A stretch of 63,593 nt of DNA, filler included, from Rhabdomonas costata (Eukaryota), in NCBI GenBank assembly GCA_019059605.1. It is 53 parts of 53 records of this genome, joined end to end, with 100 filler letters (N's around TTAATTAATTAA, not from the genome) between each part and the next. Parts side by side here need not be neighbours in the genome. Positions count along the whole stretch, not along the records: positions 10,820 to 11,920 come from JAHMHO010028491.1; positions 12,021 to 13,122 come from JAHMHO010028492.1; positions 13,223 to 14,324 come from JAHMHO010028493.1; positions 14,425 to 15,526 come from JAHMHO010028494.1; positions 15,627 to 16,728 come from JAHMHO010028495.1; positions 16,829 to 17,930 come from JAHMHO010028496.1; positions 18,031 to 19,132 come from JAHMHO010028497.1; positions 19,233 to 20,334 come from JAHMHO010028498.1; 45 more parts are not named here. One strand, written 5' to 3'. Below are positions 11,864-24,566 of this stretch, piece by piece; within the stretch, counting starts at the first letter, position 1; each line of letters starts with the position of its first letter. Below the pieces are notes generated by a model, which ran no database searches, had not been told where the DNA came from, and saw only the letters and a program-made list of their open reading frames with translations. Position numbers and translations under genes: made by a program.

Positions 11864-13681
11864 CTGTGGAAGGAAGCAGCACGAATTGTATATACACCCC
11901 AACCCAAACACACCCACCACNNNNNNNNNNNNNNNNNNNNNNNNNNNNNNNNNNNNNNNNNNNNTTAATTAATTAANNNNNNNNNNNNNNNNNNNNNNNN
12001 NNNNNNNNNNNNNNNNNNNNTTTTGTTGGTGACTGAAATCAGCCGCATAGTGAGAGAGGGGGGTGGGCACTGCAAAATGCTGAGCCCATGGCGCACATAG
12101 ACTGATCGGAATGTGCAAAGCTGTCGTGTTGGTGGTCTGAGTGTTCCATGCCTTCTGGGCATGTGCTCTACTCTTGTACCCGAAGGTGGATTGCTGGTGT
12201 TGTGCACACGCTCCTTAATTGAAAGAAGGCTCACCACACCACCCTCTGGGCACCCTCAGCCACGGTGCCACGGGAACGCCTGCCCACCGCCAATGTCGCT
12301 TCTTGAGGAAGCAGACAGCAAGTGTGTGTTTGGGGGAGGGGGTCGACTGGGCTTGATAATGCTCCGCGGGCCCAAAACAGTTCCAAAAAAAAGGCGTACC
12401 AAGCCAGACCATCTTGGTATCTTGGTGAATCTCACTGTATTCTCACGTTTTCACAACCCCCGTTCCGATGTACGCGATCATCATTCAAGTTGAATGACCG
12501 GCTGCTTGGTGGAAGTCATTGTTGCAATCATTCTCTTTTTGAAGTCATTTGGAATGACCACCTGGAGCTCAGCCAAATTTGCGCATCGTCTTCTTGATTG
12601 GTCTGCTAAAGGTTTCCAATTTCCAATTTCTTAATTTCACCTCGAAGGCAACCGCAGCAAGGCGGACAAAACCAAACGCTCTGCAAGCATACCGAATTGG
12701 TGGCATCGTCGTTGTGCGGCCACCATAGTAACGCACACACGATTCAAGCACTGGTGGTGTGAGGTGGGGCGGAGAGAAGGAAGGAGAAGGAGGGGGAGGG
12801 ATAACAACGACATCACACAAATGACCAGTGTCCCATGTCCTATCGGGCGTCGCAGTCCACCGGCAGATCCATCCTTTTCACGCGCATCCACATCATCCCC
12901 CATTCCCTCTGCGGATCGGGCCACCGTCCCGAGATTCAAAGCGAGCCCAACTTCACACCCATCCACAAATGCTCTCCTCGCAAGCACTCATATGCCCCCG
13001 ATCCTCCCGTACCCCAAGTCTCCTGAGAGAATCCATTCAATCCATTATCCTCCTCATCAGATGCTTTTTGTTACCAAACTGGAAGGGAGAGGGCACCCCT
13101 CCATCCGACATACCCCCACCCCNNNNNNNNNNNNNNNNNNNNNNNNNNNNNNNNNNNNNNNNNNNNTTAATTAATTAANNNNNNNNNNNNNNNNNNNNNN
13201 NNNNNNNNNNNNNNNNNNNNNNGTGTTGGGTGTGGTTGGTGTTTTTTGTCTCTTCTATTTTGTGAATTTAGCCTTAGAACGTGAGGAAACGTGTCAGCTA
13301 GTTCGGGAGATACGCATCTGTGGAGAGGGGAAACGAGTTCCTCAGGAAGTTCTCTTTCGAATCGACTTTTTCCGTTTGAACGGACGAAGACTTCCCAACA
13401 TCGCTGTTTTTACGGTGAAGTGTTTCTCACTTTCTGTCGCAAGCTCCGGCTCGGGTTGCCATGAAGGTATCCATGAAATGCTTTCCTTTCTCTCGACACT
13501 GGTGCGATTGGGCTACACGCTGTGCCGCTGCGAAAGGATATGGAAAGGAATGCTATTATTCAGAATCTCACTTGATGAACCTGCGACGGTGAAATTCCCA
13601 AACGATTCTCCTCAGTTTGTTGATGGGACTGTCGCTATGCGTGTTTTTGTGAACGTGCGGAGTATTTTCCGGCGTGCTCAG

Positions 13682-13816
13682 GAAGAGCCGCAAGAAGAAG
13701 GCCGCCGATTCCGACGCCCACGCGCACAGCAACCTGGCCAGGGTAACGGAGTCCTTCGAGGAGGCCACGAAGAGGGGGCAGGTCATCCCCGCGAACTACA
13801 AGACCCAACTGTGCAG
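13682..13816 (+). CDS. Exon of a CCCH (TTP-like) zinc-finger protein
   Basis: AG/GT-bounded exon ending NYKTQLCR, the YKTxLC lead-in of CCCH fingers. Confidence 0.65.
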
Positions 13817-15774
13817 GTCCGCCCCTCTCCCCTCTCCGGAAGTCTCACTTGCAACTTTCTACTTGTTGATGTGTGTTATTTTTGCACATGACCGGTTTGT
13901 TGAAAATCGGCCTTTGCCCGCACGAGTGATGCGAGCATGCGCCGTTGGGATGTAGGTTAGCTTTTTCTTTGGACGGGTGGGGTGCGAGAGTGGGAGGGTG
14001 GCCAGGCGGTGAAACGGAGCTTGTGGAGTGTGCTTTGAACTCTCGAATGCTCAGTCCTCCGCAATTGTGCTGAAAGGTGTCGTCGCCGCCAGATACGGTC
14101 CACAGACGGCTGGCCTCTGTTTTCGATATCCTGCTTGTTGCGTCGCGGATTAATGTCATGGCTCAAGAGAGATTGTTGCCCATTTGTATTGGTTGTCCAC
14201 GATACTTCCTTGCCGTGTGCCATGCCTGCAGGTGGGAAGGGTGCGTCGAAGTGAGTGCGACCTTTTCTCTCTGTGTGAATTGCTTCACTTTCGTTCCCCT
14301 CCCGCATTCAGGAACTGGGAGCAGNNNNNNNNNNNNNNNNNNNNNNNNNNNNNNNNNNNNNNNNNNNNTTAATTAATTAANNNNNNNNNNNNNNNNNNNN
14401 NNNNNNNNNNNNNNNNNNNNNNNNTGGTATGCAGTTCACTTCCTTGCCTCAGGGTCCATATTTCTTTCTTTTGTTGGAGGGTAAGCTCTTTTTCCTCAGC
14501 CAAGGGGTGCGACACGAACTGCGCCTTGCGGTTGGACGGGGTCATCGAGCGGGGCTCGACGTACGGCATCTGGCCCCGAGGCGCCGCCCGGTAGAACGGG
14601 GAGGAGGTCTGCACGGTGGTCGTCTGGGGAAGCACCCCCGAGGGGGCCGCCAGCACGGTCTCCGTCACCGTTACTACGGTGGTGGGCGGTGGAGGACATG
14701 GCAAGGAAAGGGGTAAGAGCATATTCCTCCATTGGGGTAGAGCTGCCGATGCTGGAGCCCTTTGGACCCACACAGAACACTCCATCGCACGGAAAGTACA
14801 CCACAAAAAAAGCAACCTACCAGCAAGCACGCAAGAAAGTGGCGGGGAAGAAGTGTAGGGGATAGGGATGGCCCATGATCACCCCACACAGAGCACGCGC
14901 GCACAGAAAGACAGATGGGGAAAGGGCAAAACCGAGAAAGGGGGAAGGCGTTCGGAGTTAAGTAAGGTCCACTCGTGGTTTCACGTAAGAGGAGTGCATC
15001 TCCTTTGCTTGAACCCAGCTTCAGCAATTGCCCGTATTGGGGCGCCTTTCTTTTTTGCGTCTTCAGTGTCCCCCCCCCCCGCTCCAATGCGTTTCTCTCT
15101 GTTCGCTGTTTGTTGTTTTGCTGCTAAACCACTCACCATTCACTCAACCCTGGCGCTGGAACCCCGCTTGGGCAGGGCATCCCATTTTCACTCCTTTGCG
15201 GCATGGCGTCATCCAGTTGCGCTCCAGCAAAATGGGCAGAAATGTAAGGTGGCGGTGTTGCCCCCCCTTCGATTCCCGGCTACCTCTGGAGTCCTCCAGG
15301 ATGTAATCATTTCAATGTCTGATCCCATATGTGTCCCTTCGGGCTTGTGGCACTTGTCGGGTTGTGTGGCACCCCGGCCATCACCCGATTCTTTAGCATG
15401 AATGGTATCTAGATCCTCTTGGATTGAAACTCCTACACTTTCTTGAAATCTTGCGTCCCTTGGTTCGTAGCGTTGCGGTTGTTGAGTGTTGGACATCAAG
15501 TGGGACCCACCTTAGGCACCCAACCCNNNNNNNNNNNNNNNNNNNNNNNNNNNNNNNNNNNNNNNNNNNNTTAATTAATTAANNNNNNNNNNNNNNNNNN
15601 NNNNNNNNNNNNNNNNNNNNNNNNNNGGTTTTCATCTCGAGGTGCGTTCAGTGTCTCTTGGGGAATACACACCACCCCTTATCTGGGCATGTGGACGAAA
15701 AGAGACTGACAGAGAGTTAAAAAACCGCTGTGTAGCCCCCAAGAGACACTGAACGCACCTCGAGATGAACACCC

Positions 15775-15932
15775 CTACTTCGCGGCAGATGAGGAGGCCA
15801 CCTTGCACTCCGAGCCGGGTTTGCAGTGGAAGGTCTGGGTGGTGCCGTCCCAGTCCATCAACGCGATCTTGCGGCTGCGGCCGTGGGTGGCGCACTGCGC
15901 GGTGTCCCCGCTAATTCCGGGCCCGCCCAGCG
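15775..15932 (-). CDS. Probable terminal exon with a C-x2-H-x19-C-x5-C putative zinc finger
   Basis: CATHGRSRKIALMDWDGTTQTFHCKPGSECK then stop. Codon usage is GC3-rich and there is an upstream CAG acceptor. Confidence 0.5.
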
Positions 15933-17913
15933 CTGCAGAGGCAGTGGAGGGCAGAAGCATCGCCATCGCCGAGCTGGTGGCATCGGTGGCCTGAAACAGC
16001 CCAAGACCAATGCCCACCCACCGCTGGCATCGCGCATCCATTAAATATGGGGTCCAGTATATTTCGCCGTTTTTTGTATGACGGCGTTATACCGTTTGGC
16101 GCCCCCCCCCCCCAATAGGACAAACCGCTAAATGTGAATCACATCAAACTGATTTGGGAGGATGCAAGAACAGTTCACACACAACAACACAATCATCCGG
16201 ACACGTACAGATTTATTAATGCGGTCTTTAAGCGAAGAGGATCAGAAATGTGCCCTATAAGGGTACCCCGCCAGAGGAAGGAGGAGAGGAAGGATGGAGA
16301 TTGACAGGTTTGTAGGGATACAGAGCCCAAACTTTCGGCCGGGGGGGCTCACCGGGGGTCGAGGCCAGGAGTGCTTTAGACTGGCACCCAAGTGAACCAG
16401 AATGCTTCAGTCCTGGAGTGTTGGAGCGCATAACCTCCTGGCTGTTACCAAAATGGTTGTTGGTGACCGCGATCGGGCGACGGGCGCATGGATGTTGACC
16501 TCGGGTATAGGCTGCGGTCCCGGATCGCGCCGATGACACGGTAGCCCTGAACGGGCGCCGTAAGTCAACGAGGAAGCCATCACGCTGTGACCCTTTGTGA
16601 CTGTGTGCCTGTGTGTGTATGTGTATATGTGCATGTGTGCGTGATGACCCTTCACCAACACAAAACAATGAACAAAACAACGCGCACGCCGGCAGATCTG
16701 CACACCCCCACAACCAAACACACCCACANNNNNNNNNNNNNNNNNNNNNNNNNNNNNNNNNNNNNNNNNNNNTTAATTAATTAANNNNNNNNNNNNNNNN
16801 NNNNNNNNNNNNNNNNNNNNNNNNNNNNGGGGGGTTTTACGTGTATGCCCTTGTTTCTCCTCTTTGGTCGAAGTTGTACGTCGGAGCCACCGGCTATGAA
16901 CACGCTCGGCCTCCCGTGAAACGTTGAACGAACATGTCGCGCGCACGATGTCAAAGTATTCGCAGCGCCGTTTTTCACATCGGACACCCGTTTTGTACCA
17001 CGCCATGGCAGCTGTCGGCTGGTACAATGTTATCATGATACCCTTGGTGTCCTTCGAGAATGTCTGTGGTCTGAGACGTGCCGAAGTGCATTTCATCCGC
17101 TGGCTTGCACCGACTTTAACGTCCGTCATGCCTCATAAATTCTTACAGGACCAATTCCTTCCCATCTTCTTTCGTCGTGGTGGTCAGACGACGCGATGCC
17201 GGTTGCCTCTCGTGTGCTCCGCCAGCCACATTCCATGCTCGCTCCTTGGCAATGGGTCTCTCTCATTATCTGTTAGAGATCCAGGGGATCGCACTACCGC
17301 GTCGACGCTTCACCGGCCCATTTGTGTCCTTCGTTCTTCTCCTCACATCACATTTCCCTGTCCTGTGCCCATATGGCTTCTTCGTGCAACGCAACAGATA
17401 TTCGGGCGTGCTGTAAAGCAGCTTCCCACTGCACTGCAGCTTCCGGGATTCCTGACAGTCTCCCGGTGTACCATTGCAATTTGGCGTGCCTATCCGTATG
17501 TCACATCTGGTCTGACTCCTTCACAGGTGCCAGTGAACTGCATCGGCGAATGCATTTAACGGCCTACTGACGGTCACTCTCGCTTCGATGGTGGACATTG
17601 TTACCCGAGACTGGCAGCGTCTCATTGCCGCCGTGTTCCGAGTGGCCTGTTGGGCTCACTTCCGCTGCAGATGCGCGTTTTCCCCTCTCTGCAGGTTGTC
17701 GAGGAGTCCATGCTCGCGCAAACAAAACGTCAGTGCAAGGCAGCGGGCTTCCCTCGCAGCTTCTGTGGGATGGTTGCAGAGCACGTTCTACAGCAACTCA
17801 GTCCCCTCCTTGCATGTTGGCAGCAGTCTCTTCCTCACTTCCTTTTGCTGCATTGTTTGCATCGCGCCCTCCGGCACGTGCATGCGGCCAGTTTCATATT
17901 CCTCCAAACACCC

Positions 17914-17930
17914 CCAAACACACCCAACAC
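17914..17930 (-). other. Whole-genome-amplification universal primer remnant (GTGTTGGGTGTGTTTGG)
   Basis: The contig ends CCAAACACACCCAACAC, the reverse complement of the GenomePlex-type primer as I recall it. Near copies occur at about 11904-11920 and 16714-16728. Confidence 0.75.
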
Positions 17931-18271
17931 NNNNNNNNNNNNNNNNNNNNNNNNNNNNNNNNNNNNNNNNNNNNTTAATTAATTAANNNNNNNNNNNNNN
18001 NNNNNNNNNNNNNNNNNNNNNNNNNNNNNNTGTTTTTGGTAATCAATCGTACATCATCCTTGCATCCCCAAAAATGTGGGGAAGGAAGAAATCCTTCACC
18101 ACTTCCTCTGCGTTTTTGTTGATCTGCTGGCCCATGTGTTGATTATTCTTGGGAACCTAGTTGTATTCCTCAAAATTAAGACTGGAACCACTTCCGGAGT
18201 ACCCTTCCGGTGTAGGGTAAGTGCTGGTGCACGCACTCGTGCTCGTACCCGTGGAGGTCTGTGTGGCTCAG

Positions 18272-19031
18272 GAAGCCGTGCGGGTTTTGGTGGGGGACCT
18301 CAACGATGAGATCGAGGACTACCAAGTGTGCTACCAGGCCGAGAGTGAGACCCTCCTGCAGCTCATCTCGGAGGTCACTGCAGACATACCTCAAACTCGG
18401 CTGCTTCCGAGCTTCTGACCCCACTCAGCATCACCACGCATCAATGCATTGTGTTGCCCCATTTCCTTTTCTCTTTAAGGTTGGCGAGAAGTGGTATGGG
18501 ATTATAGTAATGGAGGCGAAGCCGCCTGCGTGGTGGCGGAGTTCCCGATGCGAAGAGTGACCTGCCAACTTTTTTTGGAGGGGGAGCGATTGAACCATCC
18601 CAACCGTAGCGCATGGTGGGCAGCTGAGAGGTGAGGATCGCCTCGCTAACGGTTCGCACGCTCTTCTGTTCAATCCAAGAACGGCATTGCCCACGGTACG
18701 GTAAGCCCGTTTCAGGGATGTACGAATTTTTGCGAATTTTTTAAAAATCCGAATTTAGAGTCCAAAAAACATGGGATTCCGGCTCATTTTTGCTTGTCCC
18801 CTTTCTGAACTCCTGTGGCTTAGTCTCAGGGCGTTTCCTTGTGAGCGGTGGGAAGAGAGGAATGTGGAGGGTAAGGGTGCTTGCGCGTTTGCGATGCAGG
18901 GCCTGGATGAGGCCACCCCTGCCAGCAACGCTTTGCTCATCGAAGATAACGAGGCGCTGGTGAAAAAGATCCTGGCGCAGACCAAGCTGCACTTCGAGAC
19001 TTTTACGGCACACCACACCGCAATCAAGGAG
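18272..19031 (+). CDS. Hypothetical helical protein (exons 18272-18373, 18900-19031)
   Basis: Two phase-0 AG/GT-bounded GC3-rich exons: EAVRVLVGDLNDEIEDYQ...LISE|GLDEATPASNALLIEDNEALVKKILAQ. Confidence 0.55.
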
Positions 19032-19493
19032 GTTCGGATGGCCCACCCATTCCATCCCCGTCTTCACCCACCTCAGCACAGAGAGAAGAAGCCCACAAAA
19101 GTAGAAAGGAGCACCAACTTCCACATCCTGTCNNNNNNNNNNNNNNNNNNNNNNNNNNNNNNNNNNNNNNNNNNNNTTAATTAATTAANNNNNNNNNNNN
19201 NNNNNNNNNNNNNNNNNNNNNNNNNNNNNNNNGGTGTGGGCACTGCATCCACACCACCTCTGGTGTGTGTTAGGTGAGGGCGATGATTCAGTAGAAAAAA
19301 AAGACCGACTTTTTTACTTTTTGGGCCGATCATTGAGGTTGAGACCCCTCCCCCAGGCCTTCTGTTTTGACAGTGTGAGTGAGAGTGAGTGTGAGTGAAC
19401 CGATTCCTCACGCAAAGGGCAAACATGACTTCACAATTTCAGGATCACTTATTGCATTTCTAAACCACGTGGGGCTAGGGAAATGGGGCACAC

Positions 19494-19674
19494 CTGCAGC
19501 AGGTTGGGGCTCGGGACAGCCTCGAGGGCCCACCCATGCAGCCCCTCCACCAGGTCCTGCGAGGCCTCGTCCATGTTCTGCGCATCGTCCCAGCACAGCA
19601 CCACCGCGGGCACCCTCGAGGCAAAGCTCTGCAGCAGTTCCAGGAGAGCCGCCGCAGAGCTGGCTGGGCCAGCC
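19494..19674 (-). CDS. Exon of an AAA/STAND-type ATPase domain (Walker B region, ADCY10-like)
   Basis: LLELLQSFASRVPAVVLCWDDAQNMDEASQDLV fits the hhhhDDAQWxDxxS motif. The exon is AG/GT-bounded. Confidence 0.65.
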
Positions 19675-21637
19675 CTCGGGCAAGGCGGAGGTGGCACAGG
19701 CGAGATGTCACCCATTCCGCAACGTTCACCACACTCTGACGCGGAGAAAGGAAAACAGAACGGAAGTGCTGCTCCATGGCGTCCGTAAACTTCCTCCTGG
19801 GTAATCAACTCGCAACGATCGACAATGGTAAACCACTTTGGAAGAAGACCATCTAGAGGATCAAGAGGGCAAAGCCGAAGCAGGCCCGGGGGTCTTTTCT
19901 ATGAACAGTGGGCCTCCAGAAACGCTGAGTGGCGGTCCTTGCACATTCAGGCCGGTCCCCGCCCGCGCCTCTTGACGGAACTTTCGTATCCGCTTCTGCT
20001 TTGACTGTGGCAATGACAATGTTTGAATATGTCCCGTGCCTCTGTGATTTGCAGTTTCCTTTCTGAATTGGTCTGGCCGGTCGTAGCATGCGCCAATCAC
20101 ACGATAGGTGAGCGATCTATCCAAAAGGATAATGTCACTGCAGCAACAAAACTCCGCACGGTTGAACACGGAATTGAAATCTACCGATATCGAAAAGGTT
20201 CGAAAAGGGTTCAGGGGAGTGAGGTGTATAGGGAGTAAGCTTAAAACTTGAAAGCTGGGCGCAAGGTAAACACAAAAAGAAGAAGTTATATTCAAAACAG
20301 GCTAAAAAAATCAGCCGTTACCATCATAGGGGTGNNNNNNNNNNNNNNNNNNNNNNNNNNNNNNNNNNNNNNNNNNNNTTAATTAATTAANNNNNNNNNN
20401 NNNNNNNNNNNNNNNNNNNNNNNNNNNNNNNNNNGGTTGGGGGGTTGGGGAGGGAAGTGTTCACTGGTTCGTAACTGGAGGTGCTCGCGCCAATTTTTGG
20501 CCAGTTGCTTGTGGGTCTACCTATACCTCTTACTTTTGAGATGACGGTGGCCATATTTTGGCACGCGAGAAGAGCCTGCACTGCAGGGCATTACAAAACG
20601 CAAATCCGCACAATGCAAAACAAAAATGTCACAGAACAAGGAAACTCTCCGGCAGCACGGCACGGCAACTGAAACAGTTCCGCATCAGACAGGCGTGGCC
20701 AAGGCAGCAACTGTGGCCACAGGGAAGAGTGGTAGGTAAGCGGTCATGTTCGTCATATACTTCGAAGCAAATCGGGCACTCAAAGGGATTGGCCATTGTT
20801 GTCTCGGCTGGCTGAATATGAAAGGGAATCTTTCACAAAGAAGTTCCACCCACCAACTCGATCCCTTGGCACACGCTCCAATTTTGAGGCTGACCATTTG
20901 CAACACTAAATCTGAGTGGAAATAAGAAACAGCGTTTTGCATCGGCATTAATGCTCGATACCTGCGTTACGAGAAGCTGTGCCGCCACTCTGGATACACT
21001 CTTTTGAGTTTCATTAGATGTGCTGATTCCTTCATCGTGATGCCTGGGTGTATTTTCGGGGTGCATATTCGTTGGTTGGGAAGGACGATATCCCTTTTTG
21101 CCCTTTTGCTGTCGCTTCGGGTGCGCGCTTGAGTGGGATGAAGACATAAAATAGGGCTGGGGGTGCATGCTCGTTCGGAGGGCCGCAAAGTTACGAACGA
21201 AGATGATTTCATGGGGTAGGGAAGAGAAGCAATTTAGCGGGACTTGTCATTGCGGAAAGAAGCAAACGTAAACTCCTATGACAACCAGGAAAAGAACTAT
21301 CTGCAAAAAGGAAGTTTTTGGCACTGCATTACAAAAAATAATGACACACCTCAACCATCCCTTCCCTTCGGAGAACAAATCGAAAAGACCCCCCCAAAAT
21401 CAGAACAGGTCTCCAAAGGAAGAAGTGTTCAAGAAACGTCGCCTCGAAAGGTACATTCGGCGTCCTCGTGGTTGAGTTGATCAAATTAATCCCACGTTCA
21501 TCGCCTCACGTAAAAAGCCGAGCGACCACCACAAACNNNNNNNNNNNNNNNNNNNNNNNNNNNNNNNNNNNNNNNNNNNNTTAATTAATTAANNNNNNNN
21601 NNNNNNNNNNNNNNNNNNNNNNNNNNNNNNNNNNNNT

Positions 21638-22544
21638 GCCAGCCAGACCCACTCCTACAGGGACCTTCCGGTCCGCTACGCGGACTTCGGGGTATGCATA
21701 TGTGGGGGGAGGGCTCACGCTGCTCATATAATCCAAATGTGAGACACCTGTTGGCTTTCTCAGGTGATCTGCTTGTCATTGTTCCATTTATTTGCCTTGT
21801 AAAATCTGTCTGCGCAAAGCCGACTCGTCGGGCTTTTGTCATTCTTTTTCTTCCCGAAGAAACAGAGCCTGTTAACGTATTCCTGGGGCGCTGTTGGTCG
21901 CGCTGGTTTGTTGTGGGTGCACTGCGGTTAGAGTAGGATTGCTGCTTTCAGTGGTAGTGTGGCAGTGCAGTTGTGCCTGCACGGAACGTGGGGTGTCTGG
22001 GGAGAAAGTGCGTCCGGCTTTCCCCTCTTTTTTGCCTCAGCGGCTTGCCCGTGCGATGAATGAGTTCTGCGGCCTCCCCGGGGAGTTCGAGGATGACACG
22101 GGCGCCAATGTGAAGTACGACGGTACCCCCGCGGTGATCAAGAAGCTGCAGCGGCAGGTCAAGGCAGGCAAGGTGTCCTCTCCCATCCACAACTGCACCT
22201 TATCTCTTTTGAGTCACATGCTTGCTTGGTTTTGCTTCCGCCGCTGGTTTTTACGGGTTTTCCTCCGTAACCGCTGGCTGTTGGTTTTTACCATAAATCC
22301 GTTCTGCCGTCTGTCCTCTGGGGCCCTTGAGGTGGTGCATGCTTTGGCTTCATTGATTTGTATTTATCTGTCGTGGTTATTTCTAAAATTTAAAAGAAGT
22401 GGGAGCCGACCCAGATACATCTCTTTCCTCACGCACGCTCTCACAGTACCCTGAGCCCAAGCAGTACTGGCTGCTGAACCCGGCAGATGCCGCCTTCTAT
22501 GGGCCCAAGATTGACATTCAAGTCGAGGACTGCATGAAGAGGAG
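21638..22544 (+). CDS. TARS: Threonyl-tRNA synthetase fragments (exons 21638-21691, 22041-22172, 22447-22544)
   Basis: HSYRDLPVRYADFG and WLLNPADAAFYGPKIDIQVED are ThrRS signature segments, with canonical splice sites. Confidence 0.92.
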
Positions 22545-23284
22545 GTGTGTGGGGAATGGGCAGGTACAGGCTGGAGCGCGGGGACCGACAGTCCGCTGAG
22601 TAGCAAATTCTTGCGTAAGGCTTCTTATAACGATGGCCTGGCGACCCACTCAGAATTCTGCTCTCTCTCTCTCTGTATCTCTTGTTTTACCCTCCCTCCC
22701 TCCCTCCCTCTCTCATCCTCTCGTTCATAACACCCCCCNNNNNNNNNNNNNNNNNNNNNNNNNNNNNNNNNNNNNNNNNNNNTTAATTAATTAANNNNNN
22801 NNNNNNNNNNNNNNNNNNNNNNNNNNNNNNNNNNNNNNGGGTTTTTGGCGATGTTATTTTCAGCACACTCGGGTTACGTAAACTCTTGTCAACCAGGTCT
22901 AAATGCATTTTATATGCATTTTGCATTTATTCAAGCAAAATGGGGTTAGGGATACTGTTTCTGACCCCTAGACCTATATATTTTTGATTGGATTGATTGA
23001 TTGATGCGGCTTAAGTAACCACATCGAAAAACCACCGACACAGGAAAAGAGAGGAAAAGAGACTACTGGTAGACCTTCAGTTTGATTTGTTTGTCAGCTC
23101 GCCGTTCAGGGCGGGGTCCGTTTTGCAGTTTAAGTGGAGTGAGGTGAAGTCAAAAGGAAAAATTGGAATTTAAGGCAAGGCCCTCAAGGTGCCCTGAACA
23201 AGATGAGTCAGAAGGCGATCGCCCTAACGCGTGTGCATGCCCCAGAACGGGAACTCCATGGACGGAGTACACGCAACGGGATAC

Positions 23285-23473
23285 CTCATCCTTCAGTACA
23301 GAGGGGATGGGCTCGAACGCAGCGCCAAGGTTGCGGCCCCCGACAGTGTACTCGATCCTGCCTGCGACCCGATCCAGCAGGCAGCCTACAACAGCGCCCT
23401 TGCCAAAGGTCACCCCGTAATCATCGAACTGCTTCGCAAACGACTTCTTGCCGGTGCTGCCATAGCCAAATCC
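23285..23473 (-). CDS. DDX1: SPRY-domain exon, DDX1-like DEAD-box helicase
   Basis: The 189-nt exon GFGYGSTGKKSFAKQFDDYGVTFGKGAVVGCLLD...GRNLGAAFE resembles DDX1 GFGFGGTGKKSHxKQFDxYG. Confidence 0.75.
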
Positions 23474-24434
23474 CTGTTCAAAGACAGCGCTGCGCTGGAT
23501 ACTCGAGAAAGGGACCCAAAACATGTGCCAAAGGGGGAGGGGGGGTGCGAGGTCATCCACTATTGCATGCGGGCCACGGACTGCATGGAAAAGACATTTT
23601 TTTTGCAAAGACAACCTCGAAAAAGGCCAAAAATGAGAAAAAACGGTAAACAAGAAAAATTATCAAAGAGTTTTGTAACACGTTTTGCAACATCGACCAA
23701 GGGAGATGAAAGGAAAGAGGAAACGGTCTGGGGAGTGAACGGACAATTTCCAATCACGCAGCCAAATGCAAAAACTGTAGTGCTGGATGGTGCTGAATGT
23801 TGACGATAGAAGGCTGGTATCCACAAAAAATTACCAGACAGCTGGGGTGTTTCTTGTACGTACATAAATATGTGCCCACAACCAAAAGATTGCAACCTAA
23901 AATGACAACCAAAACCAAACACACCAACACCCACACAAACNNNNNNNNNNNNNNNNNNNNNNNNNNNNNNNNNNNNNNNNNNNNTTAATTAATTAANNNN
24001 NNNNNNNNNNNNNNNNNNNNNNNNNNNNNNNNNNNNNNNNGTGTGGGGGGAGCGATGGCGAGCATTTCAACATCCGGCCAATGCACGCACAGGTTGGTGG
24101 GGCGCATGATATGACAGGGATCAAGCTCCTGGTCATCCGAAGACATCGGGGGTGTTGGAAAAGTGCCTCCTTTTTCCAAGGGCAAAGGAACAAACCAACA
24201 CGGCACTTTGGGGTGGGGGAAGCCAGGGACAATGTGGCCGCAACAAGTCTTAGTTGGAACGTGTCCGGCGCAAGATTTTCACAAGGTTATGTCCCGAGTT
24301 GTCGAGTTTTCCTCCTTTCTTCTCTTGTTGTGAAGTTTCCACTTTGTAACGCAGCGAGCCTTGACCGCCCGTATCTGCTGGGGCGTGTGTTGGATAAATA
24401 CAGCACTGCGTTTCCCTGTGTCCCTCATCCTCAG

Positions 24435-24566
24435 ATCGAGGCTCTGCGGAGCAAAATTGAGGAGGAGGACCAGCGGTGGACGATCCGGATGCATGTGCTG
24501 AAGTACAAGCCCCGCATGGAAGCCCACGCCCAGCTCTGCGCGATGTGGCTGACCATTGTCCAGTTG
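24435..24566 (+). CDS. Hypothetical protein exon
   Basis: Phase-0 AG/GT-bounded GC3-rich exon IEALRSKIEEEDQRWTIRMHVLKYKPRMEAHAQLCAMWLTIVQL. Confidence 0.5.

Noticed and set aside
16924..17900. 211-aa ORF, possibly a decayed LINE 3' region (Cys/His/Trp patches)
   Set aside because: Motifs are spread over broken frames with no clear RT or zinc-knuckle signature. Too weak to call.
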